Shown here in pieces: positions 1 through 9,783 of a stretch of DNA of 64,000 bases; the stretch's first letter is position 1, and each line of letters opens with the position of its first letter. The notes beneath the pieces are model-generated. The model was not told the origin of the DNA, searched no databases, and saw only the letters and a list, made by a program, of their open reading frames with translations. The stretch spans positions 7,597 through 71,596 of the forward strand of contig DAOTMG010000005.1 of NCBI GenBank assembly GCA_035450185.1. The letters are read 5' to 3'. Source of the DNA: Syntrophales bacterium. Lineage in GTDB: Bacteria > Desulfobacterota > Syntrophia > Syntrophales > UBA2192. Made by a program: the position numbers and the translations under genes.

Positions 1-1
1 C

Positions 2-841
2 TCGGGGGACCGCTTCGACGTCGACCTCACCGAACGGCTCCTCGTCCAGCTCTACGGCCTCATCGAAAAGGGCTACCCCGTCTTTTCGACCGATATCGAT
101 TTCGCCCTCCGGATTCTGACGGAAAACAGATCCACCCACCTCGAGGATATCTTCCTCGACCGGGTCTTCATCTCCTCGAAGAAACGGATCATCACCCCCA
201 AGAGCATCGCCCAGAAACAGTACATCGACGCCATCCGGAAGCACGACATGGTGTTCGGGATCGGCCCGGCGGGCACGGGAAAGACCTACCTCGCCATGGC
301 GATGGCGGTGGCCTACCTCATCGACAAGAAAGTGAACCGCATCGTCCTGACGAGGCCGGCGCTGGAGGCCGGCGAAAAACTGGGCTTCCTCCCCGGCGAT
401 CTGGCCGACAAGATCAACCCCTATCTCCGGCCGCTCTACGACGCCCTGTACGACATGATGGATTTCGACAAGGCCATGGATCTCACGGCCAAAGGCGTCA
501 TCGAGGTCGCTCCGCTCGCCTTCATGAGAGGGCGCACGCTCAATGACTCGATCGTAATCCTCGACGAAGCGCAGAACACCACCTCCGAGCAGATGAAGAT
601 GTTTCTCACGAGACTCGGGTTCGGCTCGAAGGCGATCATCACGGGGGACGTGACCCAGACCGACCTGCCCTCCGACAGGACCTCGGGCCTGATCGAGGTG
701 GAGGGCATCCTGGGACAGACACCGGGTATCAGCTTCATCTATTTCACCGAGATCGACGTGGTACGGCATCCCCTGGTTCAGGACATCATCCGCGCCTACA
801 ACCACATCGACCGGAAAAAGGCGCGGCCCAGGGAAACCTGA
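2..841 (+). CDS. ybeZ: PhoH-like ATPase (YbeZ type), 5' end outside the window
   Basis: Frame is open from base 2. Walker A GPAGTGKTYLAMA, ILDEAQN and the typical PhoH C-terminus are present. It sits directly upstream of ybeY, as in the ybeZ-ybeY arrangement. Confidence 0.9.
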   Translation, partial: SGDRFDVDLTERLLVQLYGLIEKGYPVFSTDIDFALRILTENRSTHLEDIFLDRVFISSKKRIITPKSIAQKQYIDAIRKHDMVFGIGPAGTGKTYLAMAMAVAYLIDKKVNRIVLTRPALEAGEKLGFLPGDLADKINPYLRPLYDALYDMMDFDKAMDLTAKGVIEVAPLAFMRGRTLNDSIVILDEAQNTTSEQMKMFLTRLGFGSKAIITGDVTQTDLPSDRTSGLIEVEGILGQTPGISFIYFTEIDVVRHPLVQDIIRAYNHIDRKKARPRET

Positions 842-880
842 CCTGCCGTCGCTTTCCACGAAAAAAATCCGGGATCATCC

Positions 881-1330
881 ATGGCCGTCATCATTCAGAA
901 CAGGCAGGCGTCCCCAAAAGTCGATATCCCGGCCCTTCGTCGTTCCGCCCGGACGGTCCTGAGATACCTGGGCCGCCCCCGGGACGAAGTCAGCATCCTG
1001 CTCGTGGACGACCGGGAGATCCGGGACATGAACAGGACCTACCTCAAGCGGGACCGTCCGACCAATGTCATCGCCTTCCCCATGCACGAGGGCCCCTTCC
1101 GGGATCTTCACCCGCGGTTGCTGGGCGACGTCGTTATTTCCATAGAGACCGCCGCCCGTGACGCGGCAAAGGAAGGGGTGACCCTCGAGGATGAAATTCT
1201 ATTTCTTATGATCCACGGCGTGCTCCATCTCCTCGGCTACGACCACGAGGGAACCGGGGCCGACGGCCGACGCATGAGGGACCAGGAGCGGAGGGTCTTC
1301 GACGCCGTGAAAAACACCGCCGGGAAATAA
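881..1330 (+). CDS. ybeY: Endoribonuclease YbeY (16S rRNA maturation)
   Basis: 149 aa with the zinc motif HGVLHLLGYDH; follows the phoH-like gene. Confidence 0.93.
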   Translation: MAVIIQNRQASPKVDIPALRRSARTVLRYLGRPRDEVSILLVDDREIRDMNRTYLKRDRPTNVIAFPMHEGPFRDLHPRLLGDVVISIETAARDAAKEGVTLEDEILFLMIHGVLHLLGYDHEGTGADGRRMRDQERRVFDAVKNTAGK

Positions 1331-1358
1331 AAAAAGCGACGCCGGTTCCCGGCGTCGC
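1329..1358 (-). terminator. Intrinsic terminator after the mltD-like gene (hairpin shared with the end of ybeY)
   Basis: 10-bp stem GCGACGCCGG/CCGGCGTCGC with a 3-nt loop. An A7 run on the plus strand gives a T-run on the minus strand. Lies between convergent gene ends. Confidence 0.7.
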
Positions 1359-1384
1359 CCGATCGTGCGATCTTCAGGATCGGA

Positions 1385-3166
1385 TCACCCCCCCGCATCG
1401 ATCTTGGCGGTCTTGATCCTGATGACCTGCCCTGCTTTCAGTTGATCGCTTTTCAACTGGTTCAGCTTACGGATCTCCGACGTCGTCGTGTTGTACCGCG
1501 ATGCAAGCGCGTAGAGCGTGTCGCCTTTCTTCACCGTATAGGTGACAACGCCCTGACCGGCCGCAGGGGCCTGCCCCGTCTTCCTGGCCTGCACCTTCTT
1601 GGGCGCCTTCGTTTTCTTCGGCGACGCGGCCAGAGGCACCCGGATGACCTTGCCCGATTTCAGCTTCGCATCGGCACCCAAGCCGTTGTAGGCGAGAATG
1701 GTCCTCGCCGGCACGCCGTACTGCTTCGAGATCGTCTGGGCCGTCTCGCCCGGTCGGACACGGTGCTTGACATATCTTTTCCCCTTCACCCGCTCGTAAA
1801 GGGGCGGCTTGGCCTCCGCGATCTGATTCTCCACCATGGCATACTGTCTGCCGAGTCCGACGGGAATCTTCAGGCTGTACTCCTTGTCGGGGGTCTGCTG
1901 GTGGCGCAGCTCCGGGTTGAGAAGCGTCAGGGTCTCTTTCGGAATGTTGAGGTTCACCGCGACATCCTGAAGGCGCATGCTCTTGCCGGTCTTGACGGTT
2001 TCATATTCGATCGGGCAGGCCATGTCCCCCTCGAGGTCCATGCCGTATTTCTTGGGGTTCCTGATGATGTGCAGGGTGGCGAGGAAGCGCGGGACGTACC
2101 GTGCCGTCTCATAGGGAAGCATGTGATAGAGGTCCCAGAACCGGTCGAGATAGTTGATCTGCTGCGTCGAGATAACCTTCAGCACCCTCCCCTCCCCGCA
2201 GTTGTAGGCGGCCAGAACGGTGAGCCAGTCCCCGAAGATGCCGTGGAGATCCTTCATGTAAGCGATGGCCGCCCGGGTGGATTTCTCAACGCTCATCCGC
2301 TCATCCACCCAGAGGTCACGATTCAGCCCGTACTTGTACCCCGTCGAGGGAATGAACTGCCACAGGCCGAGGGCTCTCGCCCTCGAAAGGGCGTGGACCT
2401 GGAAGCCGCTTTCCACCAGAGGAAGCCAGGCCAGCTCCTGGGGCAACCCCGCGTCCTTGAGATAGCCCTTGACGGTGGGCAGATAAAAGCCGGAGCGCTG
2501 GTAAGACCGGATGAAGAAACTCCTCTCGATCGTCTGAAAGGACCGGATCTCCTTTTCCACGTCCTCATTCATCAGGAGGGGTATTTCGCTGCGCCGGCCG
2601 TTCGTGAGACCGCTCTTGGAGGTGTAGATCTGCACGATGCGCATGGAGATCATCAGGCGGAGGTCATCCTTCTGGCGGGCCAGGGTCGATTCCCCGTTGA
2701 CATCCAGAAGAAGCCCGTAAGCCTGGTCGAGGGTTTTGAGCGCCCGCTCGATATCCCCCTTCCGGCGGTACTCCTCCGCCTGCTTGAGAAGGATGAGGGC
2801 ATCGTCCGTCTCGTCGTCCGGTTCGTCCGTTGCGACGTCCGCCGAATCGACCTGGTGGTCCCGTCCCGTCTCCGTTCTGACCTGGGAAAGACCGTTTCGA
2901 TGATCCGCCTCGCCAAGCACCTTTTTGATCGCTTCTTCAGGGGGACAGTCTGCTCTGTTCCCGGCCGCCGGTGCCGGGACGCCGCCAGACGTGGAGAGCT
3001 GAACGGGCTTCTCGGACGAACCCTCTCTCACCAGCCGGCTTTTCTTTTTCGTCTGGACGGTCTTCGAGTCCGGACTCCCGGACGCCGTGACGGGGGGCGT
3101 GGTATGGGCACAGGAGATCAGGAATAGAAGGAGGATCGGGAAAATCAACCGCTTCGCAAACGACAT
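1385..3166 (-). CDS. mltD: Lipoprotein lytic murein transglycosylase (MltD-like: SLT domain plus two C-terminal LysM domains)
   Basis: Start moved to the ATG at 3166, which has an AAGGAG RBS and the lipobox signal MSFAKRLIFPILLLFLISC. SLT motif ESGF...LGLWQF. Two LysM repeats (HRVRPGETAQTISKQYGV.., YTVKKGDTLYALASRYN..). Confidence 0.85.
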   Translation of the reverse strand: MSFAKRLIFPILLLFLISCAHTTPPVTASGSPDSKTVQTKKKSRLVREGSSEKPVQLSTSGGVPAPAAGNRADCPPEEAIKKVLGEADHRNGLSQVRTETGRDHQVDSADVATDEPDDETDDALILLKQAEEYRRKGDIERALKTLDQAYGLLLDVNGESTLARQKDDLRLMISMRIVQIYTSKSGLTNGRRSEIPLLMNEDVEKEIRSFQTIERSFFIRSYQRSGFYLPTVKGYLKDAGLPQELAWLPLVESGFQVHALSRARALGLWQFIPSTGYKYGLNRDLWVDERMSVEKSTRAAIAYMKDLHGIFGDWLTVLAAYNCGEGRVLKVISTQQINYLDRFWDLYHMLPYETARYVPRFLATLHIIRNPKKYGMDLEGDMACPIEYETVKTGKSMRLQDVAVNLNIPKETLTLLNPELRHQQTPDKEYSLKIPVGLGRQYAMVENQIAEAKPPLYERVKGKRYVKHRVRPGETAQTISKQYGVPARTILAYNGLGADAKLKSGKVIRVPLAASPKKTKAPKKVQARKTGQAPAAGQGVVTYTVKKGDTLYALASRYNTTTSEIRKLNQLKSDQLKAGQVIRIKTAKIDAGG

Positions 3167-3471
3167 CAGGGAAAACTCCTTGAGATGAATTCTATGGTTT
3201 GCTGGCGGGACTCGCGCGGATCCCGCAATCCTCATACCGGCGGCAAGGCCGGCCGCGGCCCCAAGCCCTTTCTTTTCTTCTCCGCTTCCGATGTTCTCGG
3301 TGCATCTACCAGACCTCCGCGCGGAATGTCAAAGATTATTTGCCTTTTACCGGCGGGTCGGCAGCGCAAGACCGCGATTTTATTACCCGGCGCCTATTCT
3401 ATGCAAAAAAAGAGCCTTTCGGGGGCTTCCGGCGGTTAAATGAACCCCGCCAATGAAAAAACAAGAGGATT

Positions 3472-4579
3472 TCAACCCGATGCCGCCGCTTCACTCAAAA
3501 GGTAAGCCTCGATGAAGCCGTCGATATCCCCGTCGAGCACCCGCTGGACGTTTCCGACCTCAAGGTTGGTGCGGTGATCCTTGATCAGTTTGTAGGGGTG
3601 GAGCACGTAGGATCGGATCTGGCTTCCCCAGGCGATGTCTTTCTTCGACGAGTGCAGCGTATCCATCTTTTCTTCCTGCTCTTTTTTCTTGAGCTCGAAA
3701 AGTCTGGACCGGAGCACCTTCAGGGCCATCGCCTTGTTTTTGTGCTGTGAGCGTTCGTTCTGGCACTGCACGACGAGACCCGTGGGGAGATGGGTGATCC
3801 GGACGGCCGAATCGGTCTTGTTCACATGCTGTCCCCCCTTGCCGCCAGCCCGGTAGGTGTCGATCTTCAGGTCTTTTTCATCGATATCGACGACGATTTC
3901 CTCATCGACCTCGGGATAGACGAAAACAGAAGCGAAGGATGTGTGCCGGCGGCTGCCGGCATCGAAGGGAGAAATGCGGACGAGCCGGTGGATGCCCGAC
4001 TCGGCCTTGCTGTACCCGAATGCGTATTCCCCCTCGATGTGGAGGGTGACACTCTTCACCCCGGCTTCCTCACCGGACTGGTAATCCAGAATCCGGGTCT
4101 TGAAGCCCTTCTTTTCCGCCCACCGCAGGTACATCCGCAGGAGCATCTCCGCCCAGTCCTGCGCCTCCGTGCCGCCGGCGCCGGCATGGACGGTCATGAT
4201 GGCGTTCTTCCCGTCTTCGGCCTGTCCCAGGATGGCCTTGATCTCTTCGTCCCTGACCGCCTCCAGCAGCCTGTCGCCGTCGTCGTCCATCTCCGCCAGG
4301 GCCTTTTCATCGTCCTCCTCCCGGGCGATCTCGAAAAGCTCCTCGAGGTCCCGCGCGTCTCCTTCGAGTCCGGCAAACCGTGCGAGGGTGGCCTCCAGCC
4401 GGTTCTTTTCCTTCAAGAGTTCTCTGGCCTTTTCAGGCTGATCCCAGAGATCCTGCCTCGCGGTGACCTTTTCCAGTTCCCCCAGCCTCTTCCGCCGGTT
4501 TTCTATTTCAAAGATAGCCTCGAAGGGTTTCCAGTTTTTTTCGGATCTCTTTGATTTTGCCCGGTAGATCTTCAAACAT
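3472..4579 (-). CDS. prfB: Peptide chain release factor 2, requires a programmed +1 frameshift (join 4579..4511, 4509..3472)
   Basis: Frame 0 is ATG(4579) MFEDLPGKIKEIRKKLETLRGYL, then TGA at 4510..4508. The +1 frame continues EIENRRKRL.. through the SPF and GGQ motifs to 3472. The slippery CTT TGA is preceded by an SD-like GAGG. Confidence 0.95.
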
Positions 4580-6088
4580 TTATGCGCTCCTCCCTCTTTT
4601 CATAATGCCTATCATAACGAAAAAAGCCATGCAGAGATAGACAAAAAGATCCCCGAATCGGGAATAAAAGGTTCGAACATCCATGACACCAAAGACGCCA
4701 TCCAGGGTCGTCGTTTCAAAAAGGCCGGTCTGAGAGAGGATCTCTCCCGTCGGCGCGATGAAGGCACTGATCCCGGTATTGGCCGCCCGGATCACGAAGA
4801 GCCGGTTCTCCACCGCCCGGAACGTGGTGATCGCCAGATGCTGGTATGGGGCTGATGACGTCCCGAACCAGGCATCATTCGTCAGGTTGACCAGCAGAGA
4901 GGCACCCTTCTGCCGGTAGGTCCGGCTGATCTCCGGGAAAATCGCCTCGTAGCATATCAGAATCCCGGCCCTGGCACCGTCCAGGGCAAGGGGCTCGAGG
5001 TTCTCACCGGGCAGAAAGTCCCCGATACCGACGGCCAGTTTCTCGATAAAGGGGAAAAAGGGCCTCAGGGGCACGTATTCGCCGTAGGGGACCAGGTGGA
5101 CCTTGTCATACCTGCCGAGCACCTCCCCCCCCGGCGACAGGAGATAGGCGCTGTTCTGATAGTGCAACCGTCCGTCGACCTGCCGGTGGCTGGGGCTCCC
5201 GAAGATGAGAAAAGCCTGCGTGCTTTCGGCCACGGAAAGGACTTCCCTCTGTTTGTCATCGGTCTGCTGGAAGAAGAAAGGCGTGGCCGTCTCCGGCCAG
5301 ACGATCAGGTAAGGACTTCTCGCGGCGGCTTTCCCGGAATACTCCACATATCTGCGAATCGTTTCCTCCTGGAAACGGGGATCCCACTTGACGCTCTGAT
5401 CGATGTTTCCCTGCACGATCGAGGCGGCTTTCGCCGGGGTGTTCTTCACTTGGGCGTCCGTGTCGGCGAGGCGGTACACCCCGTAACCGTAGACGGCCGA
5501 AACAAGGAGGCCGCCGAGAGCGAGCTCCGCGATGGTGAAAAACCGGCTTTCTCTTCTCGTGACCAGGTCGTAGAGCACGGCGTTCACGAAGACGATGAGG
5601 AAGGAGATCCCGTAGGTGCCGGTGAGGTCGGCGATCTGGATCATGGGAAGGTTCAGATACTGGCTCTGGGCGAGGGCTCCCCAGGGAAAGCCCGTCAGGA
5701 GGTTCGCCTTCCCGTACTCCAGAAGGACCCAGAGGACGGGCGCCGCGACGGCGAGGGGGACCTGCTTTCTCCCGAAATAGGTGACACCGGCGGCAAAGAG
5801 AGAGACGTAGAGGCTCATGTAAAGAGCCAGGAGAAGCATGACGACCACACCGAGAAGAAAAGGGAGATGGCCGTACCGGACGACAACACCGGAGACCCAG
5901 TAAAGGAGCCCGACATGGAAGACAAGGCCGCCGGCAAGACCCAGCATCAGGGCGCCGGCGATATCCCGCCCCCGCAGGGAAGCGAAGAGGGGGACCAGGC
6001 AGACCCACGCCAGGGCCCCCTGCCCGAATTTCGGGAAGGAGAGGAAAAGGAGAAGCCCGGATACTGCGGCAAGGAGCAGCGCCTTCAG
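4580..6088 (-). CDS. lnt: Apolipoprotein N-acyltransferase; start codon uncertain (non-canonical)
   Basis: CN-hydrolase domain (ICYEAIFPE) and multi-TM N-terminal half. The conserved first TM region KALLLAAVSGLLLFLSFPKFGQGALAWVCLVPLF lies upstream of the first ATG (5947). That stretch has no in-frame ATG/GTG/TTG. CTG at 6088 or ATA at 6146 are candidate starts. Confidence 0.85.
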   Translation of the reverse strand: MKALLLAAVSGLLLFLSFPKFGQGALAWVCLVPLFASLRGRDIAGALMLGLAGGLVFHVGLLYWVSGVVVRYGHLPFLLGVVVMLLLALYMSLYVSLFAAGVTYFGRKQVPLAVAAPVLWVLLEYGKANLLTGFPWGALAQSQYLNLPMIQIADLTGTYGISFLIVFVNAVLYDLVTRRESRFFTIAELALGGLLVSAVYGYGVYRLADTDAQVKNTPAKAASIVQGNIDQSVKWDPRFQEETIRRYVEYSGKAAARSPYLIVWPETATPFFFQQTDDKQREVLSVAESTQAFLIFGSPSHRQVDGRLHYQNSAYLLSPGGEVLGRYDKVHLVPYGEYVPLRPFFPFIEKLAVGIGDFLPGENLEPLALDGARAGILICYEAIFPEISRTYRQKGASLLVNLTNDAWFGTSSAPYQHLAITTFRAVENRLFVIRAANTGISAFIAPTGEILSQTGLFETTTLDGVFGVMDVRTFYSRFGDLFVYLCMAFFVMIGIMKRGRSA

Positions 6089-6147
6089 CGGACGGCCCCT
6101 TTCTCCGGCCGATGCGCGGCGGGATTCCCGGGTCTTCGATGCCCTTT

Positions 6148-6987
<840 letters not shown>

Positions 6988-6993
6988 CGACTC

Positions 6994-7869
6994 TCACAAT
7001 CCCCGCATGAATTCCGGTCTCAAATAGTCCGGGCGCCGTTTCGCGATCACGGCATCGAGAACCTGAAGGAGGCTCTCCCGGTCGGCCGGCAGCCTCGCCC
7101 GGACGGGCAGGTAGTTCGAGGCGTGATTGGAGGTGAAGAAGCAGTCCGTGAAGTTCGAGGCCTCGACGATGGTGCGGAGTTCCCCCAGAAGGGCAAACAC
7201 ATCCGGCAGGACGAAGGTCCCGCTGCGCCAGGCCTCGTAAAGAGGTGTGCCGGCAATGAGCATGACCGTGAGGATGCCGGCGTATTCCGGGTCGATGTCC
7301 GTCAGGATCCGGGCGGTCTCCCTTGCGTGCTTCGCGCTCAGCTCGACTCCCCCGATGCCCAGGAGGGCCGTGACCGAAAGCGTGATGCCGGCCTCCTTCA
7401 CCCGCCGGCCGGCCTCGACCATCTGATCATAGGTGACCCCCTTCCGAACCCTCCGGAGAACCTCCTCGCTCCCGGTCTCCACGCCCAGGTAAACGATCTT
7501 GAGCCCTTCCTCCCTCAGGGCGGCAAGTTCTTCCCTGTTTTTTCGGAGGATGCTCTTCGCATTGGCGTACGTTCCGACTCGTTCCACCCCGCCGATGTTC
7601 TCACCGATGGACTTCAGGATCCCCAGAAGCCTCTTCTGGGGGATGATGAGGGCATCCCCGTCGCAGAGGAAGACCCGCTTCGCCGATCGCAGCCTCGTTC
7701 CGGCTTCCCGAAGATCCTCCTCGATCTCACCCTGCGAGCGGATCCTGAATCTCTTCTGCTTGTAGGCGGAGCAGAAGGTGCACCGGTTGTGGGAACAACC
7801 GACGGTCGCCTGCAGGAGCAGGCTCCGTGCCTCGCTGGGAGGACGGATGATCGTGCCTTCGTACCTCAT
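6994..7869 (-). CDS. Radical SAM domain protein (Elp3-like core, no SPASM or B12 domain)
   Basis: N-terminal cluster motif GCSHNRCTFCSAY (CX4CX2C) and a TIM-barrel-like core (VYLGVETGS). RBS AGGA lies 5 nt upstream of the start. Starts 6 nt after the preceding small gene. Confidence 0.8.
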   Translation of the reverse strand: MRYEGTIIRPPSEARSLLLQATVGCSHNRCTFCSAYKQKRFRIRSQGEIEEDLREAGTRLRSAKRVFLCDGDALIIPQKRLLGILKSIGENIGGVERVGTYANAKSILRKNREELAALREEGLKIVYLGVETGSEEVLRRVRKGVTYDQMVEAGRRVKEAGITLSVTALLGIGGVELSAKHARETARILTDIDPEYAGILTVMLIAGTPLYEAWRSGTFVLPDVFALLGELRTIVEASNFTDCFFTSNHASNYLPVRARLPADRESLLQVLDAVIAKRRPDYLRPEFMRGL

Positions 7870-7875
7870 GCCGTC

Positions 7876-8085
7876 CTAATCCAGGTTGCCGCTGTACGGG
7901 TTGATCCTGCCATCGTGAAAACACTTGCGGCAGAAGGCTTTCGGGTCCACGTGCCCGCAGCCGTAACCCCAGAGATCGATGGTCCGGCATCCCGAGCACA
8001 GCGGGATGGCGCATCCATCACAGAGAACAACCGAGTTTTTTGTCTTGCAGACTCCGCAGAGCTCCGTTCCGTCTGTCACGATCAT
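7876..8085 (-). CDS. Cysteine-rich 69-aa protein (four CxxC pairs plus one Cys; zinc-ribbon or Fe-S-like)
   Basis: Strong RBS AAAGGAG 9 nt upstream of the ATG at 8085. Pattern is CGVC-x8-CDGC-x4-CSGC-x9-C-x8-CRKC. Tightly coupled to the radical SAM gene. Confidence 0.65.
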   Translation of the reverse strand: MIVTDGTELCGVCKTKNSVVLCDGCAIPLCSGCRTIDLWGYGCGHVDPKAFCRKCFHDGRINPYSGNLD

Positions 8086-8195
8086 CGTCGCATCTCCTTT
8101 CCCGACCGTCGCGGGTAATTTATATCATGCTCCGGTAAAACGCAAGCTGCCCGCGTGGAGTTTTAAAAAGGTTTTTCAAGCGTAAAAAACGAGAA

Positions 8196-8211
8196 TGGCA
8201 GACATCTTGCA
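8196..8211 (+). promoter_or_regulatory. Sigma-54 (-24/-12) promoter candidate facing kamA
   Basis: TGGCAGACATCTTGCA matches TGGCAC-N5-TTGCA, with the GG and GC elements at exact consensus spacing. It lies in an AT-rich divergent intergenic region about 205 nt upstream of the kamA ATG. Confidence 0.6.
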
Positions 8212-8281
8212 AAAAAATTTCTCGCTTCGATGTGCTCGAAAAAAATTTTTTCTCTTTTTCGACGTTTTTTACAAATATCAC

Positions 8282-8309
8282 TTGACATTATGCAAACATT
8301 CTTTATAAC
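8282..8309 (+). promoter_or_regulatory. Sigma-70-like promoter candidate for kamA
   Basis: TTGACA, 16-nt spacer, TATAAC. About 105 nt upstream of the kamA ATG. Confidence 0.5.
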
Positions 8310-8415
8310 GGTTCTCAACTCGAAGGAATTTTTTTCATCGATCACGGATCGAAAGAGATCGTCGTCGCAAAGATGGACACAGGGCGACCGATAAAGCAGA
8401 AAAGGAGAGCGTTGA

Positions 8416-9756
8416 ATGGAAGACAATGTCTGTCTAACCCAGGAGGCGGAGCCTCCCGGTAGACACGCCGGCCCCGCCGGTTCGGCTCTGGATGAGCTGA
8501 AGGAACAACACACCTCCCCTTCCGTGGCAATCACCACGACCAGGAAGAACAGATCCCTGTTTCTCTTTCCCACCCGCGGCATCAGCACCTGCAAACCCAG
8601 CGCACGGTCCAAGGCTTTTCAGAAACGCTTTTACCCCGGCATCTCGTCCGTCGAATGGAATGACTGGCAATGGCAGCTGAAGAACCGCATCACAGGCCTG
8701 GAAACGCTCTCGCGGATGATCTGGCTCTCCGATGACGAGACCAGCACCATCATCCGACGGGGAGGCAGCATCCCCCTGAGCATCACTCCCTATTACGCCA
8801 GTCTCCTGGACGCGATGGATCCCGAACAACCCGTCCGCAGGACCGTGATCCCCCGGAGCCTCGAATTCCATCACTCCTGGGAGGAATCCGACGACCCTCT
8901 CGGCGAAGAAAGCGACAGCCCCGTTCCGGGCCTGGTCCACCGATACCCGGACCGTGTCCTCTTCCTCGTGACGAATTTCTGCTCGACCTACTGCCGGTAC
9001 TGCACCCGCTCCCGCATCCTCGACCACGGCAACGGAATCCCGCCCGGCAAGGAGAGATGGGAGCAGGCCATCGATTACATCGCATCGACGCCCCAGGTCC
9101 GCGACGTCCTCCTGTCCGGCGGTGACCCCCTGACCATGAGCGACGAGAGCATCGACTGGCTCCTCCAGAAACTGCGGGCCATCCCCCATGTGGAGCTTTT
9201 GCGGATCGGGACCAAGGCGCCCGTCGTGCTCCCCCAGCGCATCACGGCGAAGCTGACTTCCGTTCTGAAGCGTTACCATCCTCTGTGGATGAGCATCCAC
9301 TTTACCCACCCCGAAGAGCTCACCCCCGAGGTGGGGCAGGCCTGTGCCCGGCTCGCCGACGCCGGCATCCCCCTGGGCAGCCAGACGGTTCTCCTCGCGG
9401 GCATCAACGACGACGTGGAGGTGATGACCCGGCTGGTCCACGGCTTGATCAAGATCCGGGTGAAGCCCTATTACCTTTACCAGTGCGATCCCATCTCGGG
9501 ATCCTCGCACTTCCGGACATCGATCGAAAAAGGACTCGAGATCATCCGCGGCCTCCGCGGGCACACGACGGGTTACGCCGTCCCGACCTACGTGATCGAC
9601 GCGCCGGGCGGGGGCGGGAAGATTCCCCTGCTGCCGGAGTACGTTGTCGGTCGGGACGATCATCACCTGCTCCTCCGGAACTACCAGGGGCAGCTATACC
9701 GCTACCCGGACGTGCGACAGTCGAACGATCCCGGACCGTTCTCCCCGTGTATCTGA
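8416..9756 (+). CDS. kamA: L-lysine 2,3-aminomutase (KamA/AblA-type radical SAM, PLP enzyme)
   Basis: RBS AAGGAGAG. Motifs WNDWQWQL, HRYPDRVLFLVTNFCSTYCRYCTRS (CX3CX2C), SGGDPL and DAPGGGGK. Collinear by eye with Bacillus KamA but lacks its long C-terminal tail. Confidence 0.9.
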   Translation: MEDNVCLTQEAEPPGRHAGPAGSALDELKEQHTSPSVAITTTRKNRSLFLFPTRGISTCKPSARSKAFQKRFYPGISSVEWNDWQWQLKNRITGLETLSRMIWLSDDETSTIIRRGGSIPLSITPYYASLLDAMDPEQPVRRTVIPRSLEFHHSWEESDDPLGEESDSPVPGLVHRYPDRVLFLVTNFCSTYCRYCTRSRILDHGNGIPPGKERWEQAIDYIASTPQVRDVLLSGGDPLTMSDESIDWLLQKLRAIPHVELLRIGTKAPVVLPQRITAKLTSVLKRYHPLWMSIHFTHPEELTPEVGQACARLADAGIPLGSQTVLLAGINDDVEVMTRLVHGLIKIRVKPYYLYQCDPISGSSHFRTSIEKGLEIIRGLRGHTTGYAVPTYVIDAPGGGGKIPLLPEYVVGRDDHHLLLRNYQGQLYRYPDVRQSNDPGPFSPCI

Positions 9757-9783
9757 GGATTCAGGACGCCGGGGTGCCGAGCA

